A stretch of 64,000 nucleotides of DNA from an uncultured delta proteobacterium. GTDB taxonomy: Bacteria; Desulfobacterota; RBG-13-43-22. Below are positions 40,440-50,802 of this stretch, in pieces. Where the stretch lies: positions 416,001-480,000 of the forward strand of contig CAWJJC010000022.1 in the NCBI GenBank assembly GCA_963843145.1. Reading direction: 5' to 3'. Every line of letters begins with the position of its first letter. Positions within the stretch are counted from its first letter, which is position 1. The notes beneath the pieces were generated by a model. It saw only the letters and a program-made list of their open reading frames with translations. It was not told the origin of the DNA and made no database searches. Both the position numbers and the translations under genes were made by a program.

Positions 40440-42083
40440 TCAACTTTCCTCCCCCTTCTTACGGTCCAAATCCATTTGCCGCAGATCCTTGCGCATGATT
40501 TTGCCGGTGGCCGTCAGGGGCAGTTCGGCCAGGAATTCGATTTCCCGGGGGTATTCATGGGCGGCCAGTCGGGTTTTAATAAACTGCTGGATTTCTTCTT
40601 TCAGGGAATGCTCGGGGAGTATTCCGGATTTAAGAACGATAAAAGCCTTGACGATTTCCCCCCGTACCGCGTCGGGGCTGCCGATGACCCCGGCCAGGGC
40701 CACAGCCGGGTGTTTGATCAGGCAATCTTCGATCTCGGCCGGCCCTATCCGGTACCCGGCGCTGCTGATCAGGTCGTCCTTGCGTCCCACGAACCAGAAA
40801 TAGCCCTCCTCGTCCTTGCGGGCCAGGTCGCCGGTCAGACTCCAGTCGCCGATGAACTTGTCTTCCGTGGCCTGGGGGTTGCCCCAGTAGCCCAGAAACA
40901 TGACCGGGTCCGGCCGCTGGATGGCCACCTCTCCTATTTCTCCCGGGGGCAGGACCTGCCCTTCTCCATCCACGATCTCCACCCGGTGGCCGGGAATGGG
41001 ACGGCCCATGGAACCCCGCCGGTTCTCCATGATCTCGGAACAATTGCCCAGGACCAGGTTTACCTCCGTTTGCCCGTAGAATTCATTAATCGTCAGCCCC
41101 ATGACCTTACGGCCCCACTCCAGGAGTTCTTCGCCCAGGGTCTCCCCGCCGCAGCCGATGGTCCGCATGGCAAAATCGTAACGGTCCCCCGGGTCCGGGA
41201 CCTGGCGCATGATCTTCAGGGCCGTGGGCGGCATGAAGGCATTGCGGATACCGTATTTGGCGATAAAATGAAAGGCCTGCTCGGGGTCAAACTTTTTTGC
41301 CCGAAAGGCGACTACCGGGACCCCGTGGTGCCAGCTTGGCAGCAGGACGTCGATCAAACCGCCGATCCAGGCCCAGTCGGCCGGTGTCCAGTACAGGTCA
41401 TCTTTTTTGGGAAAGAAATTATGGAAGAACTCCACTCCGGGGACATGGCCCAGGACCACTCGCTGGGCATGGAGCGCCCCCTTGGGCGGGCCGGTGGTGC
41501 CGGAGGTATAGATAATCAAGGCCGGATCGTCGGCCCTGGTCCGCAGCGGGGTAAAGGAAGGGGATCCTTTTTCCAGGATCTTCCAGAAATCGACCACTCC
41601 ATCGGGGGTTTCTCCCCGGGTGACGATAACCGTCTTCAACTCCGGCAAGCGGTCCTTTATTTCCAGGATCTTGGGGAGATTGTCTTCGTCGGTGATCACC
41701 GCCCGGGCGCCGCTGTGACCCAAACGGTATTCCAGGGCCTCGGGTCCGAAGAGGGTGAAAAGAGGGAGAGCGATCCCCGCGGTTTTATAGATGGCCAGAT
41801 GGGAGAGGGCCGTCTCCGGACATTGCGGCAGGAGGATCCCCACCCGTTCCCCCCGATGCAGGCCGCAGGCCTGCAAGGCGTTGGCCAGGCGGTTGGAGCG
41901 CTGTTTGAGGTCCCAAAAGGTATATTTCTCGACCTGCCCCTTATCGTCTTCGTAGATCAGGGCCAGGCGGTAGCGCTGGTCAGCCCACTTGTCGCAGCAA
42001 TCCACCCCGATATTGTAGAATAGGGGGACTTTCCAGTGGAAGGAGTTATAGACCTTTTCGTAGGTGTTCCCTTTTTTGAGCAT
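40440..42083 (-). CDS. Acyl-CoA synthetase (AMP-forming)
   Basis: YTSGTTGPPKG, YGQTE, TGD, GRKDD, TGKIMR. Confidence 0.92.
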   Translation of the reverse strand: MLKKGNTYEKVYNSFHWKVPLFYNIGVDCCDKWADQRYRLALIYEDDKGQVEKYTFWDLKQRSNRLANALQACGLHRGERVGILLPQCPETALSHLAIYKTAGIALPLFTLFGPEALEYRLGHSGARAVITDEDNLPKILEIKDRLPELKTVIVTRGETPDGVVDFWKILEKGSPSFTPLRTRADDPALIIYTSGTTGPPKGALHAQRVVLGHVPGVEFFHNFFPKKDDLYWTPADWAWIGGLIDVLLPSWHHGVPVVAFRAKKFDPEQAFHFIAKYGIRNAFMPPTALKIMRQVPDPGDRYDFAMRTIGCGGETLGEELLEWGRKVMGLTINEFYGQTEVNLVLGNCSEIMENRRGSMGRPIPGHRVEIVDGEGQVLPPGEIGEVAIQRPDPVMFLGYWGNPQATEDKFIGDWSLTGDLARKDEEGYFWFVGRKDDLISSAGYRIGPAEIEDCLIKHPAVALAGVIGSPDAVRGEIVKAFIVLKSGILPEHSLKEEIQQFIKTRLAAHEYPREIEFLAELPLTATGKIMRKDLRQMDLDRKKGEES

Positions 42084-42126
42084 GGAGAGATCCTTCTCAG
42101 AAGCGCTGCGGGAATGACGCGCTCAT

Positions 42127-42657
42127 TCATTTTACCAGGTCCGCCTCCACCTCCAGGTTAAGGAGGACCTCATTCCCGGCCACCAGGCCGCCGTTTTCCA
42201 TGGTGAAATTCCAGCTTACTCCGAAATCATGGCGGTTGATGCGGGTAGTCGCCGAAAAGCCGATGCTGATGTCTTCGTCGAAGGGACTTTTCACTTTCCC
42301 CAGGTATTCAAGGTCCAGGGGTACGGATCGGGTGACACCCCGGATGGTCAAATCGCCGGTCACTTTAAAGCTATGAATGGCTACCGGTTCCATCCTGAGA
42401 CCCTTAAATTGGATGAGCGGATGATTATGCACGTCTAAAAAATCAGGGCTGCACAAGTGCTCGTCCCGCTTCGGGATACCGGTATAAATGGAGGCGGCTT
42501 CGATTTCGACTTCCACCGAACCCAGGTCGGGTTTGTCCGGATCGAATTGAATGGACCCGGAAATCTTGTTGAACTGGCCGCGAACCAGGGTGATCATGAA
42601 GTGCCGGACGGTAAAGGCGGCCACGGTGTGATCAGGGTCAATTTTCCACTCAGACAT
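42127..42657 (-). CDS. YceI family protein
   Basis: WKIDPDHT, RDEHL, GDLTIRGVT; RBS aggagg before 42657. Confidence 0.92.
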   Translation of the reverse strand: MSEWKIDPDHTVAAFTVRHFMITLVRGQFNKISGSIQFDPDKPDLGSVEVEIEAASIYTGIPKRDEHLCSPDFLDVHNHPLIQFKGLRMEPVAIHSFKVTGDLTIRGVTRSVPLDLEYLGKVKSPFDEDISIGFSATTRINRHDFGVSWNFTMENGGLVAGNEVLLNLEVEADLVK

Positions 42658-42784
42658 AGAAACCTCCTTGAAATTCCATTTGCCAACAACCAGAGGAAAG
42701 TTTAACATAGTTTAAAGAAAGTTTCTAGTCCAGCGGCTCGACCCTGTTGTAAAAATATTGATACCATTGATATAGGTGGCCTTT

Positions 42785-43129
42785 ATGGGACGCATGAGTT
42801 TTGGCCCCGGGAGGCGGTCTTCCCGCAGTCCGGTAAAATCCCCGTCCTCGGAAAAAGACCCGGCGGCTTTTGTCCGGGATTTGAAGAAGTCTCTGCCGGT
42901 CCGGGAAAGCTATCGGGACCGCTCTCTGGCTATCCACGGACTGATCTGCGCCCGCTGCGGACGGGAATTCGAGCCGGCCCAGCGGCAATTGCTCACCGTC
43001 CATCACCGGGACGGGAACCATCAGAATAACCCGCCCGACGGCAGCAACTGGGAGAATCTATGTATCTATTGCCATGAGGATACCCACTCCCGGGAGTTGC
43101 TGGGGGAGTATTTAGATAAAAAAGACTGA
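42785..43129 (+). CDS. yajD: YajD family HNH nuclease
   Basis: CARCGREF, LTVHHRDGNH.NNPPDGSNWENLC.YCH. Confidence 0.85.
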   Translation: MGRMSFGPGRRSSRSPVKSPSSEKDPAAFVRDLKKSLPVRESYRDRSLAIHGLICARCGREFEPAQRQLLTVHHRDGNHQNNPPDGSNWENLCIYCHEDTHSRELLGEYLDKKD

Positions 43130-45111
43130 TGATTTCCATTGACCGCGTTTCCAAATTCTATGGCCGGCAAGACCTGCTGAAAGAGGTTTCCTTTTCCATC
43201 AATCCCGGGGACAAAATGGCCCTGGTCGGGGCCAACGGCACGGGGAAAACTACTCTTTTCAGAATCCTCCTGGGCGAAATCGAGCCGGACAGCGGCCAGG
43301 TCCACCTGAAAAAAGGGGTTCGGTTGGGGCATCTTCCTCAGGAGGTGATCCGGGTAAAGGGAAAAAGGGTCCTGGACCAGGTGATGGAAATGGATCCGGA
43401 GCTAAAACGGTACCAAATCGAGTACCGGGAGGTCTCGCGACGGTTGATTGCCGCCTCTGATCCTGCCGACCAGGAGATTTTGGCCCATAAGCAAAGCCGT
43501 TTATTGGAGGAACTGGAACGTCTGGGGGGGTACGATCTGGAGGCCCGGGCCCAACAAATCCTGTCCGGTTTGGGTTTCTCGGAGGAACAGTTTCAGGCCC
43601 CGGTGGAGACCTTAAGCGGAGGGTGGGTCATGCGGGCGGCCCTGGCCCGGATCCTGCTGTTGAAGCCCGAGCTGCTCCTTTTGGATGAGCCGACCAATCA
43701 CCTGGACCTGGATTCGTTATTATGGTTAGAGAATTTTCTTAAAGGGACTTCATCGGCCCTGCTTTTGATTTCCCACGACCGGGTTTTTATGGATAAAGTG
43801 GTCCTGCGGGTCCTCGAGCTGGAAAAGGGGGGGCTGACCTCCTATGCCGGCAATTACAGCCGGTACCGGGAAGAAAAAGCCAAGCGCCTCCAGCTTCAAG
43901 AGGCCGCCTATTATAACCAGGTAGAGAAGATTCGCCAGATTGAGGACTTTGTCGCCCGAAACCGATCCCGAAAAGATCGGGCCAAGCAGGTGCAATCCCG
44001 GATTAGGGTCCTGGAGCAAATGGAACGCCTCGAACATCCTCGGGAGGAACATCAGGTTTCCTTTCAATTCCAGGAGCCGGTACGGACCGGCAAGGTGGTT
44101 TTGGAACTCCAGGGGGTCGGGAAATCGTACGGTGAAAAAATACTCTATCAAGGAGTTGATCTGACGATCAGCCGGGGAGACTGTGTCGCTTTTCTAGGCC
44201 CCAACGGCGCAGGGAAAAGCACGCTGATCAAGATCATGGCCGGGATCGTCCCGCCCGACCAAGGAAAACGGGAACTGGGGCATCATGTCACCCTGGACTA
44301 TTTTGCCCAGCATCAACTGGACCAGTTGAGAGGCGAACGAACGGTCTGGCAGGAGATCGGCGATGTGGCCGGCGATCGGACCTACGGGGCCTTGCGAAAT
44401 CAGTTGGCGGCCTTCTTATTCCGGGAGGAGGATGAAATCAAAAAAAAGGTCTCGGTCCTTTCCGGGGGGGAGAAAAGCCGTCTGGTGATACTCAAGATGC
44501 TCCTGGGCGGGGCCAACTTTCTGCTTTTTGACGAACCCACCAACCATCTGGACATCCCTTCCCGTGACGTGTTGGAAGAGGCGCTGCGCGCCTTTAACGG
44601 GACTATTTGCCTGATTACCCACGACCGGCATCTGATCGATGCCCTGGCCAACCGGACGGTGTATATTCGAGACGGGCGGCTGGAAATGTTCCCGGGAAAT
44701 TACCGGGACTTTGAGCAGATCTGGAAAGGACGAGTGGAATCGAAGGAACCTTCCGAGGACCCATATCCCAAAGACCTTTCCCGAGCGGCCGGTTTGAAAA
44801 ACGGTGCCCCGGGCCGCAAAACGACCCAGGAGAAGCGGCAGGAGGCGGAGCGGCGCAACGCCCTGTTTAGACAAAAAGCGCCCCTCAAAAAGGAAATCGA
44901 AGAGCTGGAAGAGCGGTTAGCCGGGGCCGGCGCCGAGAAAGAAAGACTGGGGAAAATCCTGGCCGATCCGGAATTCTACCGCCAGGGGACGGGGATTCAG
45001 GAAGCCCAGCAAGGCTATGGGCGGCTTCAGAAGGAAATCGACACCCTGACCGAACGCTGGGCGAAAGCCCTCCAAGAGTTGGAAGAACTGGAAGCCCAGG
45101 CGGGGGACTGA
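43129..45111 (+). CDS. ABC-F family ATPase
   Basis: Two ABC cassettes (GANGTGKTT, GPNGAGKST, LSGG, DEPTNHLD), C-terminal coiled coil. Confidence 0.95.
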   Translation: MISIDRVSKFYGRQDLLKEVSFSINPGDKMALVGANGTGKTTLFRILLGEIEPDSGQVHLKKGVRLGHLPQEVIRVKGKRVLDQVMEMDPELKRYQIEYREVSRRLIAASDPADQEILAHKQSRLLEELERLGGYDLEARAQQILSGLGFSEEQFQAPVETLSGGWVMRAALARILLLKPELLLLDEPTNHLDLDSLLWLENFLKGTSSALLLISHDRVFMDKVVLRVLELEKGGLTSYAGNYSRYREEKAKRLQLQEAAYYNQVEKIRQIEDFVARNRSRKDRAKQVQSRIRVLEQMERLEHPREEHQVSFQFQEPVRTGKVVLELQGVGKSYGEKILYQGVDLTISRGDCVAFLGPNGAGKSTLIKIMAGIVPPDQGKRELGHHVTLDYFAQHQLDQLRGERTVWQEIGDVAGDRTYGALRNQLAAFLFREEDEIKKKVSVLSGGEKSRLVILKMLLGGANFLLFDEPTNHLDIPSRDVLEEALRAFNGTICLITHDRHLIDALANRTVYIRDGRLEMFPGNYRDFEQIWKGRVESKEPSEDPYPKDLSRAAGLKNGAPGRKTTQEKRQEAERRNALFRQKAPLKKEIEELEERLAGAGAEKERLGKILADPEFYRQGTGIQEAQQGYGRLQKEIDTLTERWAKALQELEELEAQAGD

Positions 45112-45160
45112 TCCGGGTAGGAGACAATTGTCCCTACCCTTTTGATGAACAATTAGTATA

Positions 45161-45319
45161 AATACGAAATTCGAAGCACGAAATCGACTCGGCTAAACAA
45201 GCTAAACTAAGGCCCAAAACTGTCGAAGGACTCAACAAGCAAAAAAGTTACGAATTTCAAAATCTAAATGGTCAAATTGAATTTGTTTCGAATTTCGAGT
45301 TTCGAGTTTCGGATTTTTA
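45161..45319. repeat. Heptamer-repeat palindromic element, related to 2001-2201
   Basis: cgaaattcgaagcacgaaatc ... gaatttgtttcgaatttcgagtttcgagtttcggattt. Confidence 0.75.
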
Positions 45320-45386
45320 GCCAAAAATTAAAATATTTTATGGTTAGTTCTTTATACTTTCATAATACTCCTGATCCCGCCTGACC

Positions 45387-45794
45387 ATGGTCTGGGGCCT
45401 GGATTGGAAATTTTACAGCGCCAATGAATACTTTTTTTGCCTCTATGATCCCGATCGGGTGCTCCGTCCGGAACCGGACGTGGTTCACGTCTGGGCCAAC
45501 TGGATTGCCACCCCGGAAGGAAAAAAATACCGGACCCAGGAAATGGCTCAAACGAAAATCCCTAAATCCGCGTTGGAACGCTACGAGTCCACCCGGGTCC
45601 GGATGGCCCTCCATTGCGCCGATCGCACCTATCAGCTCCTGTCGATCGCCGATTACGATGATCAGCAGCGAGAGATCGGGAATGGATCGCAGGCTTGTTT
45701 TTTAGAGGAGTTCGTAACTCGCCAGCCGATTGGAAAGAACTCCAGCGAAGAAGACTTATACAAAATTCTTTGTTCGGGCCAAAAAGGCAAATAG
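45387..45794 (+). CDS. Hypothetical, surface-adhesin-E-like exported protein (start uncertain)
   Basis: DWKFY...VW...C..R.YQLL...YD pattern. Confidence 0.5.
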   Translation: MVWGLDWKFYSANEYFFCLYDPDRVLRPEPDVVHVWANWIATPEGKKYRTQEMAQTKIPKSALERYESTRVRMALHCADRTYQLLSIADYDDQQREIGNGSQACFLEEFVTRQPIGKNSSEEDLYKILCSGQKGK

Positions 45795-45852
45795 CTAGAT
45801 TCTTACCTCCATGTCTAAAAGCTTGCCTCAAGCCGAAAACCTTCCCCTCCAG

Positions 45853-46743
45853 TTAGGTCGCGGATCTCCGGGCCAGAAAAATACCCGACAGCACCAGCAG
45901 CCCCCCCAATGCCTGTCCAAGGCTCAGCGCCTCGGACAGCAGCACCCAGGCCAGGAGAGCGGCAAAAACCGGCTGCAGCAGCAGGGTTACCGAGGAAAAG
46001 GCCGCGGGCAAATGGGCCAGGGCATAAGTGATCAGCCCTTGTCCGCCGACATGTGAGATCAGGGCCAGCCCCAAGAGTACCAGCCAACCCCAGGGGGATC
46101 CTGGGAAAAACTTCTCCCCGGAGAGCCAGGTAACGGCCAGAAGGATCGCCGTACAACCGACTGTACTCCAGGTCATGATGGCCGCCGTAGAAAAATCCCG
46201 GCGCAGACGGGTAATGGACAAGAGATACCCGGCATAAAAAAAAGAGGCCGTCAGGGCCAGGAGATCGCCCTTCACCTGGTTCAGGCGAATCTGAAAGCTG
46301 GCGCCCACTATCAGTGTCGCCCCCAGCAGGGCGCTGACCAGCCCGGCTAAAAATAGTTTCTTAATTCGATCTTTAAACAGCCACCAGCCGGCGAAAGTTA
46401 CCCAGAGGGGGGCGTAATTGACCAGCAGGGTGGAATTGGCTACGGAGGTGAGGCGGAGGGACCAGTGCCAGACCGAAAGATCCCCGGCGAAAAATAACCC
46501 GGCGGCGGCCAGACGTAGATAATCGCTATACCGGGAAGGCCGCCGAATGTCCGGCCGTTGACGCCGTTCCAAGGCCGTCCAAAGCCACAGGGCGGGCCAG
46601 GCCAGCAGGAGTCGCCAGAAGGCCGTGGAGAGAGGACCGACCTCGCTGACCCGGACAAAAATAGGGGCAAAGGCAATGGACAAGGCGCCCCCAATGAGGG
46701 CCAGAAGGGGGAGGTGGGGGTTGCGGGGTAAAGTCGGTGCCAT
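45853..46743 (-). CDS. DMT/EamA transporter
   Basis: About ten hydrophobic segments in two repeats. Confidence 0.9.
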   Translation of the reverse strand: MAPTLPRNPHLPLLALIGGALSIAFAPIFVRVSEVGPLSTAFWRLLLAWPALWLWTALERRQRPDIRRPSRYSDYLRLAAAGLFFAGDLSVWHWSLRLTSVANSTLLVNYAPLWVTFAGWWLFKDRIKKLFLAGLVSALLGATLIVGASFQIRLNQVKGDLLALTASFFYAGYLLSITRLRRDFSTAAIMTWSTVGCTAILLAVTWLSGEKFFPGSPWGWLVLLGLALISHVGGQGLITYALAHLPAAFSSVTLLLQPVFAALLAWVLLSEALSLGQALGGLLVLSGIFLARRSAT

Positions 46744-46799
46744 AGAGCTGATTGCCGGATAAGAGCATGGTTACGGATTAAAACAGCGCTCCTTGCTGG

Positions 46800-47417
46800 T
46801 TACAGATCACGGATCGCTGGTTCAATAGCGGTACGATCCAGCATCTGGCGTATATCCGTAGGGGAGAAGGGGAGGTCCCGGAAGATCTTTTTTTCCTGTT
46901 TCAATGAATTTTCAAGCAGTGCGGCGATTCGTTGTTGGTCTTCGGGGGTGCGGCCATAACGCTCCTGCAGATAGCGAAACCGGGTCTCCAGGTCAACAAT
47001 CTCGTCGTGCAAGACCCGTTTATCGGCATAATGAACGAGCTCTATTTCGGTTATTCGGTGATTTGGGGGTTGCCCCTCATTAAGGTTGACGTGCTGGGCG
47101 ACGATTTCGGCGACTTCCGGATAACCGCGGGTCCGTAAAAAATCGGCCCCGATTTCGGTATGTTTTTTTTTGGTTTTCAGACACTCGGTCTTGGCGATGT
47201 CATGGAGGAGCGCCCCGGCTTCCAAAAGGGCCAGATCCAGGGGAGGGTTGGAGGACGGCAAATGGGTCGCCAGGACCTGGGCCACCCGGGCCACCTGCAG
47301 GCTGTGGTTGCGGATATTGGGGAGCATACCCTGGTCTGCCATCAGGGCCAGGCACTCTTCCCGGGAGGGGACGCGGGGCTTAAGCTCGGATGAATGGGAG
47401 TTAGGGGATAGGGTCAT
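46800..47417 (-). CDS. HD/HDIG domain protein
   Basis: HS..VA, LLHDIAK, YADKR. Confidence 0.88.
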   Translation of the reverse strand: MTLSPNSHSSELKPRVPSREECLALMADQGMLPNIRNHSLQVARVAQVLATHLPSSNPPLDLALLEAGALLHDIAKTECLKTKKKHTEIGADFLRTRGYPEVAEIVAQHVNLNEGQPPNHRITEIELVHYADKRVLHDEIVDLETRFRYLQERYGRTPEDQQRIAALLENSLKQEKKIFRDLPFSPTDIRQMLDRTAIEPAIRDL

Positions 47418-47479
47418 CGATCAGGTTCTCTTTAAAATGAATCCACGCCAAGGTTCGATTTGTCCACGGGTTTCGTGTA

Positions 47480-47624
47480 AAATGAACATCGAACATTGAA
47501 CATCGAACGCACAACCTCGAATGAAAAACAAACCGCTATGGCCGAATAGAGGAACCCTATTTCTGCTTCTTCATCTTTTCCCATTGGACGTTCGATGTTG
47601 AATGTTCGATGTTCGACGTTCATT
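47480..47624. repeat. Heptamer-repeat palindromic element, related to 39917-40062
   Basis: aatgaacatcgaacattgaacatcgaacg ... cgttcgatgttgaatgttcgatgttcgacgttcatt. Confidence 0.8.
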
Positions 47625-47788
47625 TTTCGTATTAAACCCCCATGCCCTGGGCGGGCACCCCGAAGCATGAAAATAAAGGAGCAGACATAAGCCTAGGTTT
47701 TTAACATTAATAATTAATAATCAATTGTTCATTATTAATTATTGATGAATGCCCGAGTGGTGCCGGGTTCTATTTTCGTACTAAACCC
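47622..47788. repeat. ~165-bp direct repeat, copy 1, bounded by TTTTCGTA(T/C)TAAACCC
   Basis: Near-identical to 49812-49977; overlaps the stop codon of the adjacent gene. Confidence 0.88.
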
Positions 47789-49733
47789 TCAACTCCGGCA
47801 GGTCCCGGTACAGCTCCAGGGCCTGGGGATTGGCCAGGGCGTCCCGATTGGTTACGGGTTTGCCGTGGACCACATTACGAACCGCCAACTCCACCTTTTT
47901 CATATTGATCGTATAGGGGATGTCGGCCACCGGGATGATCTTGGCCGGTACATGGCGGGGAGAAGTGTTCTCCCGAATGGTTTTATTAATCTTTTTAGCC
48001 AGAGGCTCATTGAATTCCACTCCGGGGGCCAGTTTGATGAAAAGAATGATGCGGACATCGTTGTCCCAGTCCTGGCCGATGACGATGCTGTCGGCGATCT
48101 CCTCCAGGGTCTCCACCTGGCGGTAGATGTCGGCGGTGCCGATGCGCACTCCGCCCGGGTTCAGCGTGGCATCCGAACGCCCGTAGAAGATCACCCCGCC
48201 GTTTTCGGTAATCTCGATGAAGTCCCCATGGGTCCAGATGTTGGGAAAGACCCGGAAATAGGCGTTCAAATATTTTTCGTTATCGGGATCTTTCCAGAAA
48301 TAGAGCGGCATGGAGGGGAAAGGGGCTTCGCAAACCAGTTCCCCTTGCTCGCCGATCACCGCCTTTCCTTCGGTGTCATAGGCCTTGACCTTCATGGCCA
48401 GACCCCGACACTGCAGCTCCCCCTCGTAGACCGGGCCGAGGGGATTGCCCAGGCCGAAGCAGCCGTTTAAATCCGTTCCTCCGGCGATGGAGGCCAACTG
48501 GACATCCGGCTTGATTTCCCGGTAGACGTAGTGAAAACTTTCAGCCGGGAGCGGGGAACCGGTGGAGAGAATGGCCTTCATCGGGGTCAGGTCGAATCGT
48601 GATCCGGGCTTGAAGCCTTCCTTCTCGATGGCGGCCAGGTAGCGGGCGCTGGTCCCGAAAACGGTTACCTTTTCATCCTGGGCCAGTTTCCAGAGGGCCC
48701 CCGGGTCGGGGTAGAAAGGCGAACCGTCGAACAGTACCAGTGTGGCCCCCACGGCCAGGGAACTGGTCAGCCAATTCCACATCATCCAACCGCAGGTGGT
48801 GAAATAAAAAATCGTGTCTTCCCGCTTCAGATCGGTGTGGAGCATAAGCTCCTTGAGGTGATGGACCAATATGCCCGCTACCCCCTGGACCATGCACTTG
48901 GGCAGGCCGGTGGTCCCGGAGGAATACATGATATATAGGGGATGATCGGCCGAGACCTGTACAAAGTTGATTTCCGGGTGATCGACCGGGATAAGAAAAT
49001 CCTGATAATGGACGGCGTTGGGGATGGGTCCCAGGTCGGCCCGCTGCTCGGTGTAAGGGACGACCACCACCTTTTGGATGGAAGGGAGCTGCGAAATGAT
49101 ATCGGCAACCCGGGCCAGGGAGTCAAAGGACTTGCCGTTATAGGAATAGCCATTGGCGGTGAAAAGGACCTTGGGCTCGATCTGGCCGAAACGGTCCAGG
49201 ACCCCCTTGATCCCAAAATCCGGCGAGCAGGAAGACCAGACGGCGCCCAGGCTGGCGGCGGCCAGCATGGCGATAATGGTTTCCATCATATTGGGCATGA
49301 AGCCCACCACCCGGTCCCCGGGTTGAATACCCTCCAGCCGCAGGGACAGGGCCAAGGCCGCTACCTGAGCGTACAACTCGGCATAGGTGATCCGGCGCGG
49401 TTCCTGCACCTCGCCTTTAAAAATCAAGGCCACTCGGTCGTCCCGATAGCGGAGGAGGTTTTCGGCAAAGTTCAACCGGGCCCCTTCAAACCACTTCGCC
49501 CCGGGCATCTTGCCCAGATCGTCCACCACCCGGTCATAACCCCGGGAGGCCTTGACTCCGGCAAACTCCCAAAAGGCGGCCCAGAAATCCGGGATCTCGG
49601 TGATGGACCACTCGTACAATTCCGGATAGTCCTCAAAGTCCTTATCGAATTTCCGGTTGACCCACTGGATAAAGCGGGTCAGGTTAGCTTGTTTTTTCCG
49701 CTCGGCGGACGGTTCCCAGAGTGGTTTTTTCAT
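47781..49733 (-). CDS. Acetoacetate-CoA ligase
   Basis: LNFAENLL, YSSGTTGLPKC, CGWMMWNW, GRSDATLNPGGVRIGT. Confidence 0.93.
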   Translation of the reverse strand: MKKPLWEPSAERKKQANLTRFIQWVNRKFDKDFEDYPELYEWSITEIPDFWAAFWEFAGVKASRGYDRVVDDLGKMPGAKWFEGARLNFAENLLRYRDDRVALIFKGEVQEPRRITYAELYAQVAALALSLRLEGIQPGDRVVGFMPNMMETIIAMLAAASLGAVWSSCSPDFGIKGVLDRFGQIEPKVLFTANGYSYNGKSFDSLARVADIISQLPSIQKVVVVPYTEQRADLGPIPNAVHYQDFLIPVDHPEINFVQVSADHPLYIMYSSGTTGLPKCMVQGVAGILVHHLKELMLHTDLKREDTIFYFTTCGWMMWNWLTSSLAVGATLVLFDGSPFYPDPGALWKLAQDEKVTVFGTSARYLAAIEKEGFKPGSRFDLTPMKAILSTGSPLPAESFHYVYREIKPDVQLASIAGGTDLNGCFGLGNPLGPVYEGELQCRGLAMKVKAYDTEGKAVIGEQGELVCEAPFPSMPLYFWKDPDNEKYLNAYFRVFPNIWTHGDFIEITENGGVIFYGRSDATLNPGGVRIGTADIYRQVETLEEIADSIVIGQDWDNDVRIILFIKLAPGVEFNEPLAKKINKTIRENTSPRHVPAKIIPVADIPYTINMKKVELAVRNVVHGKPVTNRDALANPQALELYRDLPELRV

Positions 49734-49811
49734 AAGGGCCTCTTTAAAAAGACGGGTTTTTTATCTTAATTCCTCAGGCCTGGGTCAGACATACCGATTG
49801 GCTCGGATAGC

Positions 49812-49977
49812 TATTTTCGTATTAAACCCCCATCCCCGGGGCGGGCACCCCGAAGCATGAAAATAAGGGGCAGACATAAGCCTAACGGATTGACATTAAT
49901 AATTAATAATCAATTGTTCATTATTAATTATTGATGAATGCCCGAGTGGCGCCGGGTTCTATTTTCGTATTAAACCC
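49812..49977. repeat. ~165-bp direct repeat, copy 2
   Basis: Near-identical to 47622-47788. Confidence 0.88.
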
Positions 49978-50133
49978 ACCTACCATATTTAAAAAAAATT
50001 AAGGTGTCAAGCAGGATATTCGATAAGCTAACTATCATTAACTGTTTAAGATATAGGATATTTTTGCTTTCAGGGGCCAGTCGCTGTGAAGAAGGATGAT
50101 CCCCTTGCTCCAAGTGGCCGGTCTGAATTTTTA

Positions 50134-50168
50134 TTGACAAGGAAAACGCATGTAATTACATTGTAATT
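50134..50168 (+). promoter_or_regulatory. Sigma-70 promoter with overlapping palindromic operator for the mazEF-like operon
   Basis: TTGACA-17nt-TACATT; ATGTAATTACAT palindrome over the -10 box. Confidence 0.7.
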
Positions 50169-50197
50169 CCAAACAAATTCCTAAACGGAAAATGGTG

Positions 50198-50452
50198 ATG
50201 AGAGCCCACATTGTAAAAATCGGTAATTCCCAGGGAATAAGGATTCCCAAGCCCATCCTAGAACAGTTGGGGATTGTGGAGGACGTTGATATTAAAGTCG
50301 AGGCTAGTCAGATCATCATCCGGCCCATCTTAGATCCAAGATCCGGTTGGAATGAGGCCTTTCGAAAAATGGCTAAAAATGGTGATGAGCTCCCCGTAGA
50401 AGGCGATGGAATTGTTGACCACTCCTGGGATGAAACCGAATGGGAATGGTAA
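50198..50452 (+). CDS. AbrB/MazE antitoxin
   Basis: KIGNSQGIRIPK; C-terminal WDETEWEW. Confidence 0.9.
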   Translation: MRAHIVKIGNSQGIRIPKPILEQLGIVEDVDIKVEASQIIIRPILDPRSGWNEAFRKMAKNGDELPVEGDGIVDHSWDETEWEW

Positions 50453-50772
50453 TCAGCCGCTTTGATATTTTTTTGATAAATCTTGATCCTACGGTGGGCT
50501 CAGAGATCAGAAAGACAAGACCATGTCTGGTCATTTCACCTGATGAGATGAATCGTCATATTCGTACCGTGATCGTAGCGCCGCTGACAACAAAAGAAGG
50601 AAAAGCGTATCCCACCCGGGTCGCTTGCGAATTTCGAGGTAAAAAAGGGCAGATCGTTTTAGATCAGATTCGTACGTTGGATAAATCGCGGCTTATTAAG
50701 AAACAAGGGACCGTAGATCCTCAAATTCAAATCAAAGTAATTTCCAGGCTACAAAAAATGTTTGCCTTTTGA
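50446..50772 (+). CDS. PemK/MazF toxin
   Basis: LDPTVGSEIRKTRPCLVISP, DQIRTLDKSRL. Confidence 0.92.
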   Translation: MVISRFDIFLINLDPTVGSEIRKTRPCLVISPDEMNRHIRTVIVAPLTTKEGKAYPTRVACEFRGKKGQIVLDQIRTLDKSRLIKKQGTVDPQIQIKVISRLQKMFAF

Positions 50773-50802
50773 TTGAAAAGGGTGCAGCGCGGGTCTCTTC
50801 AT

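Noticed and set aside
39933-42023. 696-aa plus-strand ORF
   Set aside because: Antisense shadow of the acyl-CoA synthetase, starting in a heptamer repeat; no motifs
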